Below, one piece after another: positions 9,271-18,867 of a stretch of DNA of 32,000 nt; within the stretch, counting starts at the first letter, position 1, and each line of letters begins with the position of its first letter. This DNA is from Aeropyrum pernix K1 (GTDB taxonomy: Archaea > Thermoproteota > Thermoprotei_A > Sulfolobales > Acidilobaceae), in the NCBI RefSeq assembly GCF_000011125.1, contig NC_000854.2, positions 690,001-722,000 on the forward strand. The letters are read 5' to 3'. The notes under the pieces are model-generated. The model worked only from the letters and a program-made list of their open reading frames with translations. It did no database searches and was not told the DNA's origin. The translations under genes and the position numbers were made by a program.

Positions 9271-10434
9271 CTAGTCTACGTCCGCCGCCTCTCCCGACTC
9301 GTGCTTGACCTTCGGCTTGTACCCCATCTCCACCGGCTTGAACCTGTCCTTCAGCCTCTTGAGGACCTCGGGTAGTGTTGTGTACTCCATCTCCTCCGGC
9401 CCTAGCCTGTGGGGCATGAAGGGGCCGTGCCTCCTTATGTAGTCGGCTATCATCTGCGCCTGCCTCCTCGCCTCGTCGAAGGCCGGGTCGTCGAAGAGGT
9501 CTGCTGGGCCTATGAGCTCGCCGTTCTTCACCTGGAAGCCGAGGGCTATGACCCTCGGCGGCCCGTCGAACCTCGAGACCTTCGAGTCCTTCAGGCCCAC
9601 TGGCATTAGGGGGCCGTGGTGGCTGCCCCTCATCCAGCCGGCGACGAGGTGTGGGAAGGCGAAGGGCTCCAGCACCTCGCCGACGGCGGGGAACCCGCTC
9701 TGCGCCCTGACTATCATCACCGGGTCGTCCTTGCCGACGTACCTCCCGGCTATCAGGCTGAGCCTCTCGCTGCTCACCACCGCCGCTATCTCCCTGTCGC
9801 TCTTCCTGTACACCCTCTTGACAACGTACCTGCTTGGCGTGCCTATGAGGGCGAGGAGGTCGTATATCTCCTCCGGCGCCCTCAGCTCGACCGCCTTGCC
9901 CTCGAACACGTCGAGGACCTCGAATATGAAGCCGTCGTGCAGCCTCGGGTCTATCACCAGCCCGGCGGTGTTGAAGGGGTCGGCGAATATCTTGTAGAGG
10001 GGTAGGTTGAAGGCGCCGGGCTCGGTCTTGTCGGCCATGAACACCACGATGGGCTCGCTCGGCCTCTCGACGAACTCCATCTCAGCGACGCCCGGGCCTA
10101 GGCCGCGTATGTTGCCGCTGAAAGCGTCGCTCAGCAGGTCCTGGCCGGCGGCGTAGAGACCCAGATCCTTGGCCACCTTCGTCGCCTCCCTGAAGGCAGT
10201 CCACGCCAGCTCGTGTATCTCGGGGTTGTCGACGCCCTTGAAGTGGGTCATGATGAGCTGCAGATCGTCCCCGGCGTTGGTGACGTAGAAGCTCTTGATA
10301 ACCCCTTTCCTCTTAGCCTCCGCCAGCACCCTGCTGGCGGCGAGGATTGTGTCGGGGTGGACCCTGTGGTGGCCCGCGAGGCTGCCTATATCCGCCTTTA
10401 TAACGCTCACAGTCGTAGTCCTGCCCTCAGACAA
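9271..10434 (-). CDS. fbp: Fructose-1,6-bisphosphate aldolase/phosphatase (bifunctional, archaeal type)
   Basis: TTG start at 10434 gives (L)SEGRTTTVSVIKADIGSLAGHHRVHPDTILAAS...; AGQDLLSDAFSGNIRGLGPGVAEMEF...EPIVVFMADKTEPGAFNLPLYKIFADPFNTAGLVIDP. 387 aa. Confidence 0.95.
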   Translation of the reverse strand: MSEGRTTTVSVIKADIGSLAGHHRVHPDTILAASRVLAEAKRKGVIKSFYVTNAGDDLQLIMTHFKGVDNPEIHELAWTAFREATKVAKDLGLYAAGQDLLSDAFSGNIRGLGPGVAEMEFVERPSEPIVVFMADKTEPGAFNLPLYKIFADPFNTAGLVIDPRLHDGFIFEVLDVFEGKAVELRAPEEIYDLLALIGTPSRYVVKRVYRKSDREIAAVVSSERLSLIAGRYVGKDDPVMIVRAQSGFPAVGEVLEPFAFPHLVAGWMRGSHHGPLMPVGLKDSKVSRFDGPPRVIALGFQVKNGELIGPADLFDDPAFDEARRQAQMIADYIRRHGPFMPHRLGPEEMEYTTLPEVLKRLKDRFKPVEMGYKPKVKHESGEAADVD

Positions 10435-10661
10435 AACACAACACCTCCACACACAGTCGAGTATAGTAATAGTTTGGAGCGAGGCCCCATAAACGCCAAC
10501 CAGGGTGGCAAGCCCCGCAACCCGCATCCGGAGAGGGCGGGTATTACGGGGGCCGGTCTAGCCGTATTACCCTGGCGGGGCTCAACCCCCCGGTAGCCCC
10601 CCGGCTGCTGGGGTCCAGCGTTTTCAACGGCCGCCGTCTAACTGTTGAACGTGGGCTTGAG

Positions 10662-11186
10662 GTGTCTGAGTCGGCTGCCCGCCAGCGCCTCAGGAGGGGT
10701 AACGGTTCCCGTATCCACAGCCTCATCCAGGACACGGTCTCCTCGTGGCTCTCCTCCAGGGGGTTTGACGTGTACCCTGAGGAGAGGGTTGGGGAGGACC
10801 TGGTTGCAGACGTCTACGCCGAGAGCCCCTGGGCCACGGTTATCGTGGAGGTTGAGACGGGGTTTATAGACCCGAGGGCCCTGGACAGGCCTGAGACCTA
10901 CCTGCTGGCGAGGGTGGTGGCGAAGGCCTCGAGGTACTCGAGGTACGCTGACTACTTCGCCGTGGCCATACCCTCCTACCTCTCCCTTGACGTGGCGGCC
11001 CTTAGGAGGGTTCTCTCCGGCGACCCCACACCCCTCGGTGCGGGGGGTGTGTGGGAGGTCCTCGCCCTTGTGAGGCGGCCCAGGCCTGGGGGGCTTCAGG
11101 ATGCGAGGGTGGACGCCATACTCAGGGTGAATGTGACTAGGCGTAGCGTCGGCGTCACGCCCCTAAGGGCCGGTGTACTCCTCTAG
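10662..11186 (+). CDS. Conserved-looking hypothetical protein, possible PD-(D/E)XK-like fold
   Basis: GTG start, 174 aa. Segment HSLIQDTVSSWLSSRGFDVYPEERVGEDLVADVYAESPWATVIVEVETGFID resembles the core of restriction-endonuclease-like folds (D...E-x-E/K). Family assignment is tentative. Confidence 0.55.
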   Translation: MSESAARQRLRRGNGSRIHSLIQDTVSSWLSSRGFDVYPEERVGEDLVADVYAESPWATVIVEVETGFIDPRALDRPETYLLARVVAKASRYSRYADYFAVAIPSYLSLDVAALRRVLSGDPTPLGAGGVWEVLALVRRPRPGGLQDARVDAILRVNVTRRSVGVTPLRAGVLL

Positions 11187-11207
11187 AACCCCCCCGCGTG
11201 TAGGGGG

Positions 11208-12131
11208 CTATATCGTAGGCTGCCCCTTCTCAGTAACAACCACTATCCCGCCGCGGAGGGCGTAGAACGTGTGCTCTGCCTGGGAGACGAGCCCCCCTCC
11301 AGCCTCTATGAGCACCGGGTAGGCGTGGAGGGCTCCTAGCTTGGCGAGGAGCCTGACGGCCCTCTCCACCTCCTCATCACCGGCCATCCCCTTGAGCCAC
11401 CGGGGTGTGAAGGGGAGGGTCCTGTACTTCTCGGCTACGTGCCTGAGTATCCTCTCCTCGAGCCCGCCCAGCATGGCCCTGGGCTTCCTGCCGGTGTATG
11501 CGTATATGTTGACTGTCGACCCCTCCCTCACCATGCCCCTGCCGTTGGTGGCGAAGGGCTCTATGGCGAATGTCATGCCGGGCCTTATCCTGTGTATCCA
11601 CGCCGTCCTGTCGCCGTAGTTGGGTATGCTCAGGCCTGCGTGTATGGTGTACCTGTCTATCGTGTGGCCCGAAAGGTTCTTGACAACCTTGAACCCCCTC
11701 CTCCTCACCGCCTGCTCCACAGCCCTCCCTATATCGTAGAACCTCGCCCCGGGCTTCAGCACCTTCATGGCGGCCCTCAGCCCCTCCACGCTGGCCTCCA
11801 CTAGGCTCCGGTGGCCGCCGCCCAGGTCCACGGTGACTGCGGTGTCCGCTATGTAGCCCTCCACAGCCGCGCCCACGTCGAGCTTCACAACGCTCCCGCC
11901 CCCTATGCTGCAGTCGTCCCTCAACCCCGGGGTGTAGTGGGCTGCCACGCTGTCGAGGGATATGTTGCAGGGGAAGGCGGGCACGGCGCCGAGGCTCCGG
12001 ATCTTCTCCTCCACCAGCTCGCAAACCCTCCTGCAGCTAGCCCCCGCCTCCACCAGCCCGGCGGCGTACTCCCTGGCCTCCGCGGCTATCCTACCGGCCT
12101 CCAGAAGCTCCTTGGGCGGCTCATGCTCCAA
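11208..12131 (-). CDS. map: Methionine aminopeptidase, type II
   Basis: KLDVGAAVEGYIADTAVTVDLGG, NLSGHTIDRYTIHAGLSIPNY, FAIEPFATNGRG, SQAEHTFYA: metal-ligand motifs of archaeal MetAP2. Confidence 0.96.
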   Translation of the reverse strand: MEHEPPKELLEAGRIAAEAREYAAGLVEAGASCRRVCELVEEKIRSLGAVPAFPCNISLDSVAAHYTPGLRDDCSIGGGSVVKLDVGAAVEGYIADTAVTVDLGGGHRSLVEASVEGLRAAMKVLKPGARFYDIGRAVEQAVRRRGFKVVKNLSGHTIDRYTIHAGLSIPNYGDRTAWIHRIRPGMTFAIEPFATNGRGMVREGSTVNIYAYTGRKPRAMLGGLEERILRHVAEKYRTLPFTPRWLKGMAGDEEVERAVRLLAKLGALHAYPVLIEAGGGLVSQAEHTFYALRGGIVVVTEKGQPTI

Positions 12132-12211
12132 CGCAAACCCCCATCCACCAGCGGAGGTTTGAGAGCCTTATTATCGCCTGGCCCAGACAATATACGATAT
12201 GGTGCTGTGGC

Positions 12212-12940
12212 ATGGCGAGGCTCACATACCTAGGCCACGCGGCCTTCCAGCTCGAGGCGGGGGGCAGGAAGATCCTGGTGGACCCCTGGCTCTCGAACCC
12301 TAAGAGCCCCGTGAAGCCCGAGGAGGTCGAGGGGGTTGACCTGATAGTCATAACCCACAGCCACTTCGACCACCTCGGCGACGTGGGCAAGATTGCCGCC
12401 AAGAACCCGGGCGCGAAGGTCCTCGCCGTCTACGAGGTCGCCGACCTGGCGGCGGAGGAGATAGCCAAGGAGACGGGCGCCAGCAAGGATGAGCTGTTCA
12501 ACGCGGGGAGGGTTATTGGGGCGAACATAGGCGGCCCCGTAGTCCTCCAGGACCTCGGCCTGAAGGTGGCGTTCACACCCGCAACCCACAGCAGCGTGGG
12601 CGTCGCCGCAGGGGCTGTGATAATAACGGGCGAGGGCAGGGTCTACCACGCCGGCGACACGGGGGTTACGATGGATATGAGGCTTGTGGGCGAGATATAC
12701 AAGCCCCACGTAGCCCTCCTCCCGATAGGCGGCCACTTCACCATGGACCCGGTGGAGGCGGCGAAGGCTGTAGAGCTCATCAGACCCCTGGTGGCGATAC
12801 CCATGCACTACGGAACCTTCCCAGTGCTCTACGGCGACCCCGAGGAGTTCAAGAAGAGGGTGGAGGAGAAGTGCCTGCCAACCCAGGTTAGGATACTGAA
12901 GCCCGGGGAGAGCTACGAGTTCGACTTCTCCAAAGCCTAG
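12212..12940 (+). CDS. Metallo-beta-lactamase fold metal-dependent hydrolase (UPF0173-like)
   Basis: LTYLGHAAFQLEAGGRKILVDPWL...DLIVITHSHFDHLGD...THSSVGVAAG...VYHAGDTGVTMDM...IPMHYGTFP. Confidence 0.93.
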   Translation: MARLTYLGHAAFQLEAGGRKILVDPWLSNPKSPVKPEEVEGVDLIVITHSHFDHLGDVGKIAAKNPGAKVLAVYEVADLAAEEIAKETGASKDELFNAGRVIGANIGGPVVLQDLGLKVAFTPATHSSVGVAAGAVIITGEGRVYHAGDTGVTMDMRLVGEIYKPHVALLPIGGHFTMDPVEAAKAVELIRPLVAIPMHYGTFPVLYGDPEEFKKRVEEKCLPTQVRILKPGESYEFDFSKA

Positions 12941-12970
12941 CCCCCCCGCCTTTCCAGCCTTTCAACCCTG

Positions 12971-14815
12971 CTACACTGCGTAGTAGAGCTTCCTGGCCCT
13001 CTGCATCCTGTCGAGGTAGCTCCCCTCCTTGTTGAGCCTGGGCCTCCCCGTCTGCTCGTCCTTCCTCACGGTGACTCCCAGGTTTTGGAGGAGGAGGTTC
13101 ATGCCCTCCTTCACGGGCCTGGGGTCGTCTACGTGGCCCCTCACCCCGGGCTCGCCTGTGACCAGCATTATCCTGTCGCTCACGTAGTCCAGTATCATTA
13201 GGTCGTGCTCCACGACCAGGGCGGCGGCCTCCCTGGTCTCCACAATCCTCCTTATAGCCCGCGCCACCCCCACCCTCTCCTCCACGTCCAGGTAGGCGCT
13301 GGGCTCGTCCAGCAGGTAGACGTCCGCCTCCCTGGCTAGGGCGGCCGCCACGGCCACCTTCTGCAGCTCTCCCCCGCTGAGGGTTCTAACCCTCCTCTCC
13401 AGCAGCTTGTCCAGCCTCATCCTCTTAACCAGCTCCAGGTTCAGCCAGGAGCCTGGGGCTAGGATGGCGGGGTTTGCGGCTTTGAGGACCTGCTCTACCG
13501 TGGCGTCGGGGAGGCTCTCGGGGCTTATGTACTGGGGCTTGTAGCTGACCCTGAGGTCCTCGACGTACGGGTAGACAGCGCCCTCCACCGGCTTGAGGGC
13601 TCCTGCGAGGGTTCTCACGAAAGTGGTCTTCCCTATCCCGTTCGGCCCGGCGACCCCTATGACCTCGCCGCCGTAGAGGGCCCCCTCGCCGGAGGTTAGG
13701 GTGAACCCGTCGAGGGCTACCCTGAGGCCGGTCCACCCCACTATCCTCCTCCTGGAAGCCTGCCTCCCCCCTCCCGGGGCTGCGGGTTGGGCCTCTGGGG
13801 CCGGCTTCCTGAAGAGTATCGGCTCCTTTCTTAGCCTGATGTTCTCCGCGGGTAGGTAGCCCTGGAGGAAGACGTTGATCCCCTCCCTCGTGGAGTAGGG
13901 CTTCGACACTATGCCGTAGGCCCCGGGCTCGCCGTAGAGTATGTGGACTAGGTCGCTGACGTAGTCTAGGACGGCTAGGTCGTGCTCGACCACCATGACG
14001 TAGGCTCCCGGCCTCGCGGCCCCCGCTATGAGCCTGGCCATCCTCATCCTCTCTCTTATATCGAGGTAGCTGCTGGGCTCGTCGAAGATGTAGACGTTTG
14101 CGTCCCTGCTCAGGACGGCCACTATGAGCATCTTCTGGAGCTCCCCGCCGCTCAGCTGCCTGACGTCCCTGTCGAAAACCTTGTCAAGCCCCACCTGCTC
14201 CGCCAGCTCCAGGGCGACCCCCCTCTCGTCGGCCCTCTTCAGCAGGTCCCTAACCCTACCCTTCAGCCTCCTCGGGACGAGCTCTACGTACTGGATCTTG
14301 TGGGCTACCCGTAGCTTCCCGTCGACCAGCTTCCTGAAGTAGGTCTGCAGCTCGCTGCCGCGGAACCTCTTCAGTATCTCGTCCCACTCCGGCTCACCAC
14401 CCTCGACCCTTCCGAGGTTTGGCTTGAGCTCCCCCGCCAGTATCCTCAGGGCAGTCGTCTTCCCCGTGCCGTTCCTCCCCAGGAGCCCGACTACCTGGCC
14501 CTCCCTGGGTATGGGGAGGCGGAAGAGCTTGAACCCGTTCACCCCGTACCTGTGGACGGCCTCCTCCTCCAGCTCCATGGGGAGGTTGACAATGTATATC
14601 GCGTCGAAGGGGCAGGCCTTGACGCAGAGGGCGCAGCCTATGCAGGCGTCCTCGTAGATAACAGGCTTCCCCCTGCTCGCCATATCAGCGTCTATAGCCA
14701 CGCCCCTGCCGCTCTTGTTGACGGGGCACACTGCTATACACTCGTAGCTACACTTCTTGGGCTTGCACGAGTCGTAGTCTATCACCGCGAGCCTCAGCCT
14801 CAGCCCTCCCTGCAA
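12971..14815 (-). CDS. abce1: ABCE1 / RNase L inhibitor family ribosome-recycling ATPase (two ABC domains plus Fe-S N-terminus)
   Basis: Fe-S motifs CKPKKCSYECIAVCPV and CIGCALCVKACPF; Walker A GLLGRNGTGKTT and GVAGPNGIGKTT; signatures RQLSGGELQK and RTLSGGELQK; RxxHIL-type hinge. Confidence 0.97.
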   Translation of the reverse strand: MQGGLRLRLAVIDYDSCKPKKCSYECIAVCPVNKSGRGVAIDADMASRGKPVIYEDACIGCALCVKACPFDAIYIVNLPMELEEEAVHRYGVNGFKLFRLPIPREGQVVGLLGRNGTGKTTALRILAGELKPNLGRVEGGEPEWDEILKRFRGSELQTYFRKLVDGKLRVAHKIQYVELVPRRLKGRVRDLLKRADERGVALELAEQVGLDKVFDRDVRQLSGGELQKMLIVAVLSRDANVYIFDEPSSYLDIRERMRMARLIAGAARPGAYVMVVEHDLAVLDYVSDLVHILYGEPGAYGIVSKPYSTREGINVFLQGYLPAENIRLRKEPILFRKPAPEAQPAAPGGGRQASRRRIVGWTGLRVALDGFTLTSGEGALYGGEVIGVAGPNGIGKTTFVRTLAGALKPVEGAVYPYVEDLRVSYKPQYISPESLPDATVEQVLKAANPAILAPGSWLNLELVKRMRLDKLLERRVRTLSGGELQKVAVAAALAREADVYLLDEPSAYLDVEERVGVARAIRRIVETREAAALVVEHDLMILDYVSDRIMLVTGEPGVRGHVDDPRPVKEGMNLLLQNLGVTVRKDEQTGRPRLNKEGSYLDRMQRARKLYYAV

Positions 14816-14958
14816 CCAGCACTACACCCCAAGGTGTGTTCTTATGCGGAGGGCACACTAATACATGGGACTGGGGGGCAGCCGAGGGCGCATTTGGGTA
14901 TAATAAGGCTGCGGCCCCTCCGATATATACTCTGGATGGGCGGCGCCCTCTGTAGGAT

Positions 14959-16125
14959 ATGGTTATAGGCGTCTGTGCTGCAGGAGTCTATGGGGGTTCA
15001 CCTGAGGTGGTTTTGGAGCAGGCGTCCCTACCCGAGTGGATATCGGCCATAAGCCAGCTGCTGCTCGTCCTCATATTCATCGCCCTCTTCACGGGGGCTA
15101 ACCAGAGGATTCAGGTCTACCTCTGGAGCCGGGACATAAGGTCTAAGCTGGTTATACTGGAGTCTTTCGCCAACGACGCTAGGAGGAGGGCTGTGGAGTA
15201 TATGGTGTCGAAGGGGGCTAAGGATGCTGAGTCGCTCGTGTCGAGGCTGGCGGACTTCTTCGTCATATCCCCGGTCGACATAGAGCCTGTCGACATTATA
15301 AGGAGGCTGGAGCACCTGGTGAACCTCAGGTCGAGGAGGTTCAAGGAGGAGGTTGCAAGGCACATGCCGGAGGCCGACGAGGTTTCGAGGAGCAAGGCCG
15401 AGGTAGCCCTGGAGATCGCCAGCGCCCTCTCCTTCATACATAAGTATGTGAGGCACATCCTCCTCACTGGCGAGAAGACGAGGAACTGGATACTGATCAT
15501 GCAGCTCCAGCTTATAATGCCTATGATACTGAAGATAGCCGACACGTATAGGAGGGCTCTGAACGACTTCCTGAAGGGCGTGCCCATAGGCGACTCCGCG
15601 GGGCCTATGGTGGCCCTCAGGCTCGCCGGCAGGGGCGCCAGGTGGGAGAGGATTGAGGAGGAGACGGTCTACACCGTCGCCGACGTCGAGGGGAGGAGGG
15701 TCTACATAGTGAAGGCCGAGGGGCCCGGGAGCAGCGTTGGCAGGCCCGGCTCCGCGACGGAGAGGCTGATAGAGAAGCTGGTGGCCCAGGGCAGGAAGCC
15801 GAGGCTTCTTGTGACGGTGGACGCGGCCCTCAAGCTCGAGGGGGAGGAGACGGGGAGCGTGGCCGACGGTGTCGGGGCTGCGATAGGCGACATAGGCCCT
15901 GAGAAGATAAGGTTCGAGAGGATAGCCGTCAAGTACGGCATAGCCCTGAGGGCTGTGGCGATAAAGATGGGGCTGGAGGAGGCTATACTGGGTATGACGG
16001 AGAAGATAGTGAAGGGCGTGGAGAAGGCTGTCGAGAGGGTGAAGGACATTATAAGGGGCGAGTCGAAGCCCGGCGACATAGTGGTCGTCGTTGGAGTGGG
16101 CAACACCGTGGGGGTGGGCCAGTAG
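14959..16125 (+). CDS. DUF1512-like membrane-anchored protein
   Basis: 388 aa ORF with N-terminal TM segment WISAISQLLLVLIFIALFTGANQRIQVYLWSRDIRSKL... and a C-terminal domain with glycine-rich VVVVGVGNTVGVGQ. Recognised as a crenarchaeal DUF1512-type protein. Confidence 0.7.
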   Translation: MVIGVCAAGVYGGSPEVVLEQASLPEWISAISQLLLVLIFIALFTGANQRIQVYLWSRDIRSKLVILESFANDARRRAVEYMVSKGAKDAESLVSRLADFFVISPVDIEPVDIIRRLEHLVNLRSRRFKEEVARHMPEADEVSRSKAEVALEIASALSFIHKYVRHILLTGEKTRNWILIMQLQLIMPMILKIADTYRRALNDFLKGVPIGDSAGPMVALRLAGRGARWERIEEETVYTVADVEGRRVYIVKAEGPGSSVGRPGSATERLIEKLVAQGRKPRLLVTVDAALKLEGEETGSVADGVGAAIGDIGPEKIRFERIAVKYGIALRAVAIKMGLEEAILGMTEKIVKGVEKAVERVKDIIRGESKPGDIVVVVGVGNTVGVGQ

Positions 16126-16454
16126 TGCCCCTGCCCTTCATAGACGACTCCCCCCTGGCCTGGCTCCAGCCCCTCATACTGGCTGGAGTGCTCCTCCTCA
16201 CCATAATCCTCATGCTTAGGCAGGCGGGGGAGATGAAGAGGCTCGAGGAGGCGGCGTCGAGGAGGAGGGAGTTCATAACGATACTCGACTGCGGGGGGAG
16301 AGAGGTTAGACGGCCCTTCAGGGAGGGCGAGTACGTGGGGGCGGAGGCGGAGGGCTGCGACGGCGGGGCTGGCGTGGTCAAGGCGATTGTAGTCAAGCCT
16401 GAGGAGGAGAAGAGGGAGAGGGCTAAGGGTATAAGGGGGTTACTCAGACTATAA
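16125..16454 (+). CDS. Small membrane protein of unknown function, coupled to the DUF1512-like gene
   Basis: 109 aa, one TM helix ([21 protein letters not shown]), cytosolic charged tail. Start overlaps the stop of the preceding gene. Confidence 0.65.
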   Translation: MPLPFIDDSPLAWLQPLILAGVLLLTIILMLRQAGEMKRLEEAASRRREFITILDCGGREVRRPFREGEYVGAEAEGCDGGAGVVKAIVVKPEEEKRERAKGIRGLLRL

Positions 16455-16473
16455 CCCCCCGGGATGCCGGGTC

Positions 16474-18192
16474 ATGGCTAAGTATGTAGTAACCTCCGCG
16501 TGGCCCTACGTAAACCACGTCCCCCACCTGGGCACGCTCATAGGCAGCGTGCTCAGCGCGGACATCTACGCCCGCTACCTGAGGCTCCGGGGGAGGCAGG
16601 TAGTATTCGTGAGCGGGAGCGACGAGCACGGGACGCCGATAGAGCTTGAGGCGAGGAAGAAGGGCGTCCACCCCAAGGAGCTGACAGACCAGGTGCACGA
16701 GTACGACGTCAAGATGTGGAGGGAGTACAGGATATCCTTCGACAACTACAGCCGGACCGAGAGCCCGGTGCACAAGGAGTTCGTCATGGAGTTTATGAAG
16801 AAGCTCGAGGAGAACGGCTACATATTCAGCCAGGAGGAGGTCCTCCCGTACTGCGAGAGGGACAAGATATTCCTGCCCGACAGGTTCGTCGAGGGCACCT
16901 GCCCCTACTGCGGCTACGAAAAGGCCCGGGGCGACCAGTGCGACGAGTGCGGGAGGCTCCTCCACCCCACGGAGCTGAAGAACCCGCGCTGCGCCCTATG
17001 CGGCTCCAAGCCCGTCTACAAGTCCACCAGACACTGGTTCATAGACCTTAGGAGGGTGCAGGACAGGCTCCTCAAGTGGCTTGAGAGCCACGGGGAGCTA
17101 CAGGACAGCGTGAAGAAGTACAGCATAAACTGGGTGGCCCAGGGTCTCAAGCCAAGGAGCGTCACCCGCGACCTATCCTGGGGCGTGCCAGCCCCGTTCA
17201 AGGGGGCTGAGGGGAAGACTATCTACGTGTGGTTCGACGCCCTCCTGGGCTACGTGAGCGCGACTAAGGAGCTGTTCATCATGAGGAGGGGGGATCCTGA
17301 GGAGTGGAAGAGCTGGTGGTGGGACAGCGGGACGAGGACGGTGTACTTCATAGGCAAGGATAACATACCGTTCCACGCCATAATACTCCCCGCCCTCTTC
17401 CTAGCGAGCCACGACCCCTACGTCCTCCCCTGGAGGATAAGCGCGACGGAGTACCTGATGTACGAGGGCCAGCAGTTCAGCAAGAGCAGGAGGATAGGGG
17501 TGTGGATAGACGAGGCCCTGGAGATAGCACCCGCCGACTACTGGAGGTGGGCTCTGGCGAGGATGAGGCCTGAGGCTAGGGACACGAACTTCACGTGGAA
17601 GGAGTTCTACAGGATCGTTAACACCGAGCTGAACGACGATATAGGCAACTTCGTCAACAGGGTGCTAAGCCTAGTCAGGAGCAGGATGAGCGGCGTCGCC
17701 CCCGAGCCCGAGGACCTCGGCGAGCACCAGGGGTTCGTGGAGAGGGTCAGGAGGGCTGCCTGGGCGGTTGCGGAGGACCTGGAGGCCATAAGGATAAAGA
17801 GGGCGACGGAGGGTATACTGGAGATCGCCAGGGAGGGCAACGCCTACCTAAACAGGACCCAGCCCTGGAAGCTCCTCTCCCAGGACAGGGAGGAGGGTGT
17901 AAGGGCCCTCTCAGCCGCCCTCTACGCCGTGAAGACCCTCGCCCACCTCCTAGCCCCCTTCACCCCGGACGCCGCCGACAGGCTGTGGAGCATGCTGGGC
18001 CTCGCCGGGAGCGTCCACGAGGCGGTGTGGGACGAGTGGCTAGACCGGCCCCTCCCCGGGGGCGCGAGGATAGTCAGGGTGGAGCCCCTCTTCCAGAAGC
18101 TCCCCGACGACTTCCTGGAGAGGGTGGACGAGATAGTCGAGGATGCTAGGAGGAGGGCGAGGGAGAAGAGGCCCCCTCTCCTCAGGGACTAG
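16474..18192 (+). CDS. metG: Methionyl-tRNA synthetase
   Basis: [38 protein letters not shown] (HIGH-like HLGTL), zinc-binding [30 protein letters not shown] (KMSKS-like). Confidence 0.97.
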   Translation: MAKYVVTSAWPYVNHVPHLGTLIGSVLSADIYARYLRLRGRQVVFVSGSDEHGTPIELEARKKGVHPKELTDQVHEYDVKMWREYRISFDNYSRTESPVHKEFVMEFMKKLEENGYIFSQEEVLPYCERDKIFLPDRFVEGTCPYCGYEKARGDQCDECGRLLHPTELKNPRCALCGSKPVYKSTRHWFIDLRRVQDRLLKWLESHGELQDSVKKYSINWVAQGLKPRSVTRDLSWGVPAPFKGAEGKTIYVWFDALLGYVSATKELFIMRRGDPEEWKSWWWDSGTRTVYFIGKDNIPFHAIILPALFLASHDPYVLPWRISATEYLMYEGQQFSKSRRIGVWIDEALEIAPADYWRWALARMRPEARDTNFTWKEFYRIVNTELNDDIGNFVNRVLSLVRSRMSGVAPEPEDLGEHQGFVERVRRAAWAVAEDLEAIRIKRATEGILEIAREGNAYLNRTQPWKLLSQDREEGVRALSAALYAVKTLAHLLAPFTPDAADRLWSMLGLAGSVHEAVWDEWLDRPLPGGARIVRVEPLFQKLPDDFLERVDEIVEDARRRAREKRPPLLRD

Positions 18193-18252
18193 CCACGCAC
18201 CTACTAACTCTTTAATAGCCCTATAGCCCATTGACCCAGTGGGGGTTGGTGT

Positions 18253-18612
18253 GTGATGAGCGTTCCACAGGCGAGGGAGGCGAGGAGGATAGACCTTGGA
18301 GAGATGGGCTGGGGGGAAGTGCAGGTCGACTTCTACAACCCGCTGGTTAAGCGGAGAGAGATCGTCATGATACTCCACCACGAGCTGAAGCCAACGCCGA
18401 TGAGGATAATGCTGAGGCAGAAGCTGGCCGAGGTCCTCGGCGTCGACATAAAGAGGATATACATAAGGTATATTAAAACGGGCTACGGAGCAGGGCTTAG
18501 CAAGGTGAGGGTCCACGTCTACGACTCCCCCGAGAGGGCCCTCTCCTTCGAGCCGAAGTACATAATAGAGAGGAACGGCGGTGTAAACCCCTTCGAGGAG
18601 GCAGAGGGGTGA
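18253..18612 (+). CDS. rps24e: Small ribosomal subunit protein S24e
   Basis: [70 protein letters not shown]. Confidence 0.94.
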
Positions 18613-18618
18613 CGGCAG

Positions 18619-18810
18619 GTGGCCGAGAAGAAGGAGCTAAAGACCTACGTACACAAGCTCTACGAGGTCGACTACGAGAAGGGGGTCATAAAGCTGAAGA
18701 ACAGGCGTTGCCCCCGCTGCGGCAGCATAATGGCCCACCACATGAAGCCGGTGGAGCGGTGGCACTGCGGCAAGTGCGGCTACACCGAGTTCGTCACCAA
18801 GAAGAAGTAG
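18619..18810 (+). CDS. rps27ae: Small ribosomal subunit protein S27ae
   Basis: GTG start; zinc ribbon [34 protein letters not shown]. Confidence 0.94.
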   Translation: MAEKKELKTYVHKLYEVDYEKGVIKLKNRRCPRCGSIMAHHMKPVERWHCGKCGYTEFVTKKK

Positions 18811-18867
18811 CAGGCAAGCCCCCGCCCCCGGGCGGGGGGCCTCTACTCCAGGGTCTGGGGTCTTCTT

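Noticed and set aside
10535-10660. Repeated GTATTAC and C/G-rich blocks between fbp and the 10662 ORF as a possible mobile-element remnant
   Set aside because: The repeats are only 7 bp and there is no transposase, terminal inverted repeat pair or target-site duplication.
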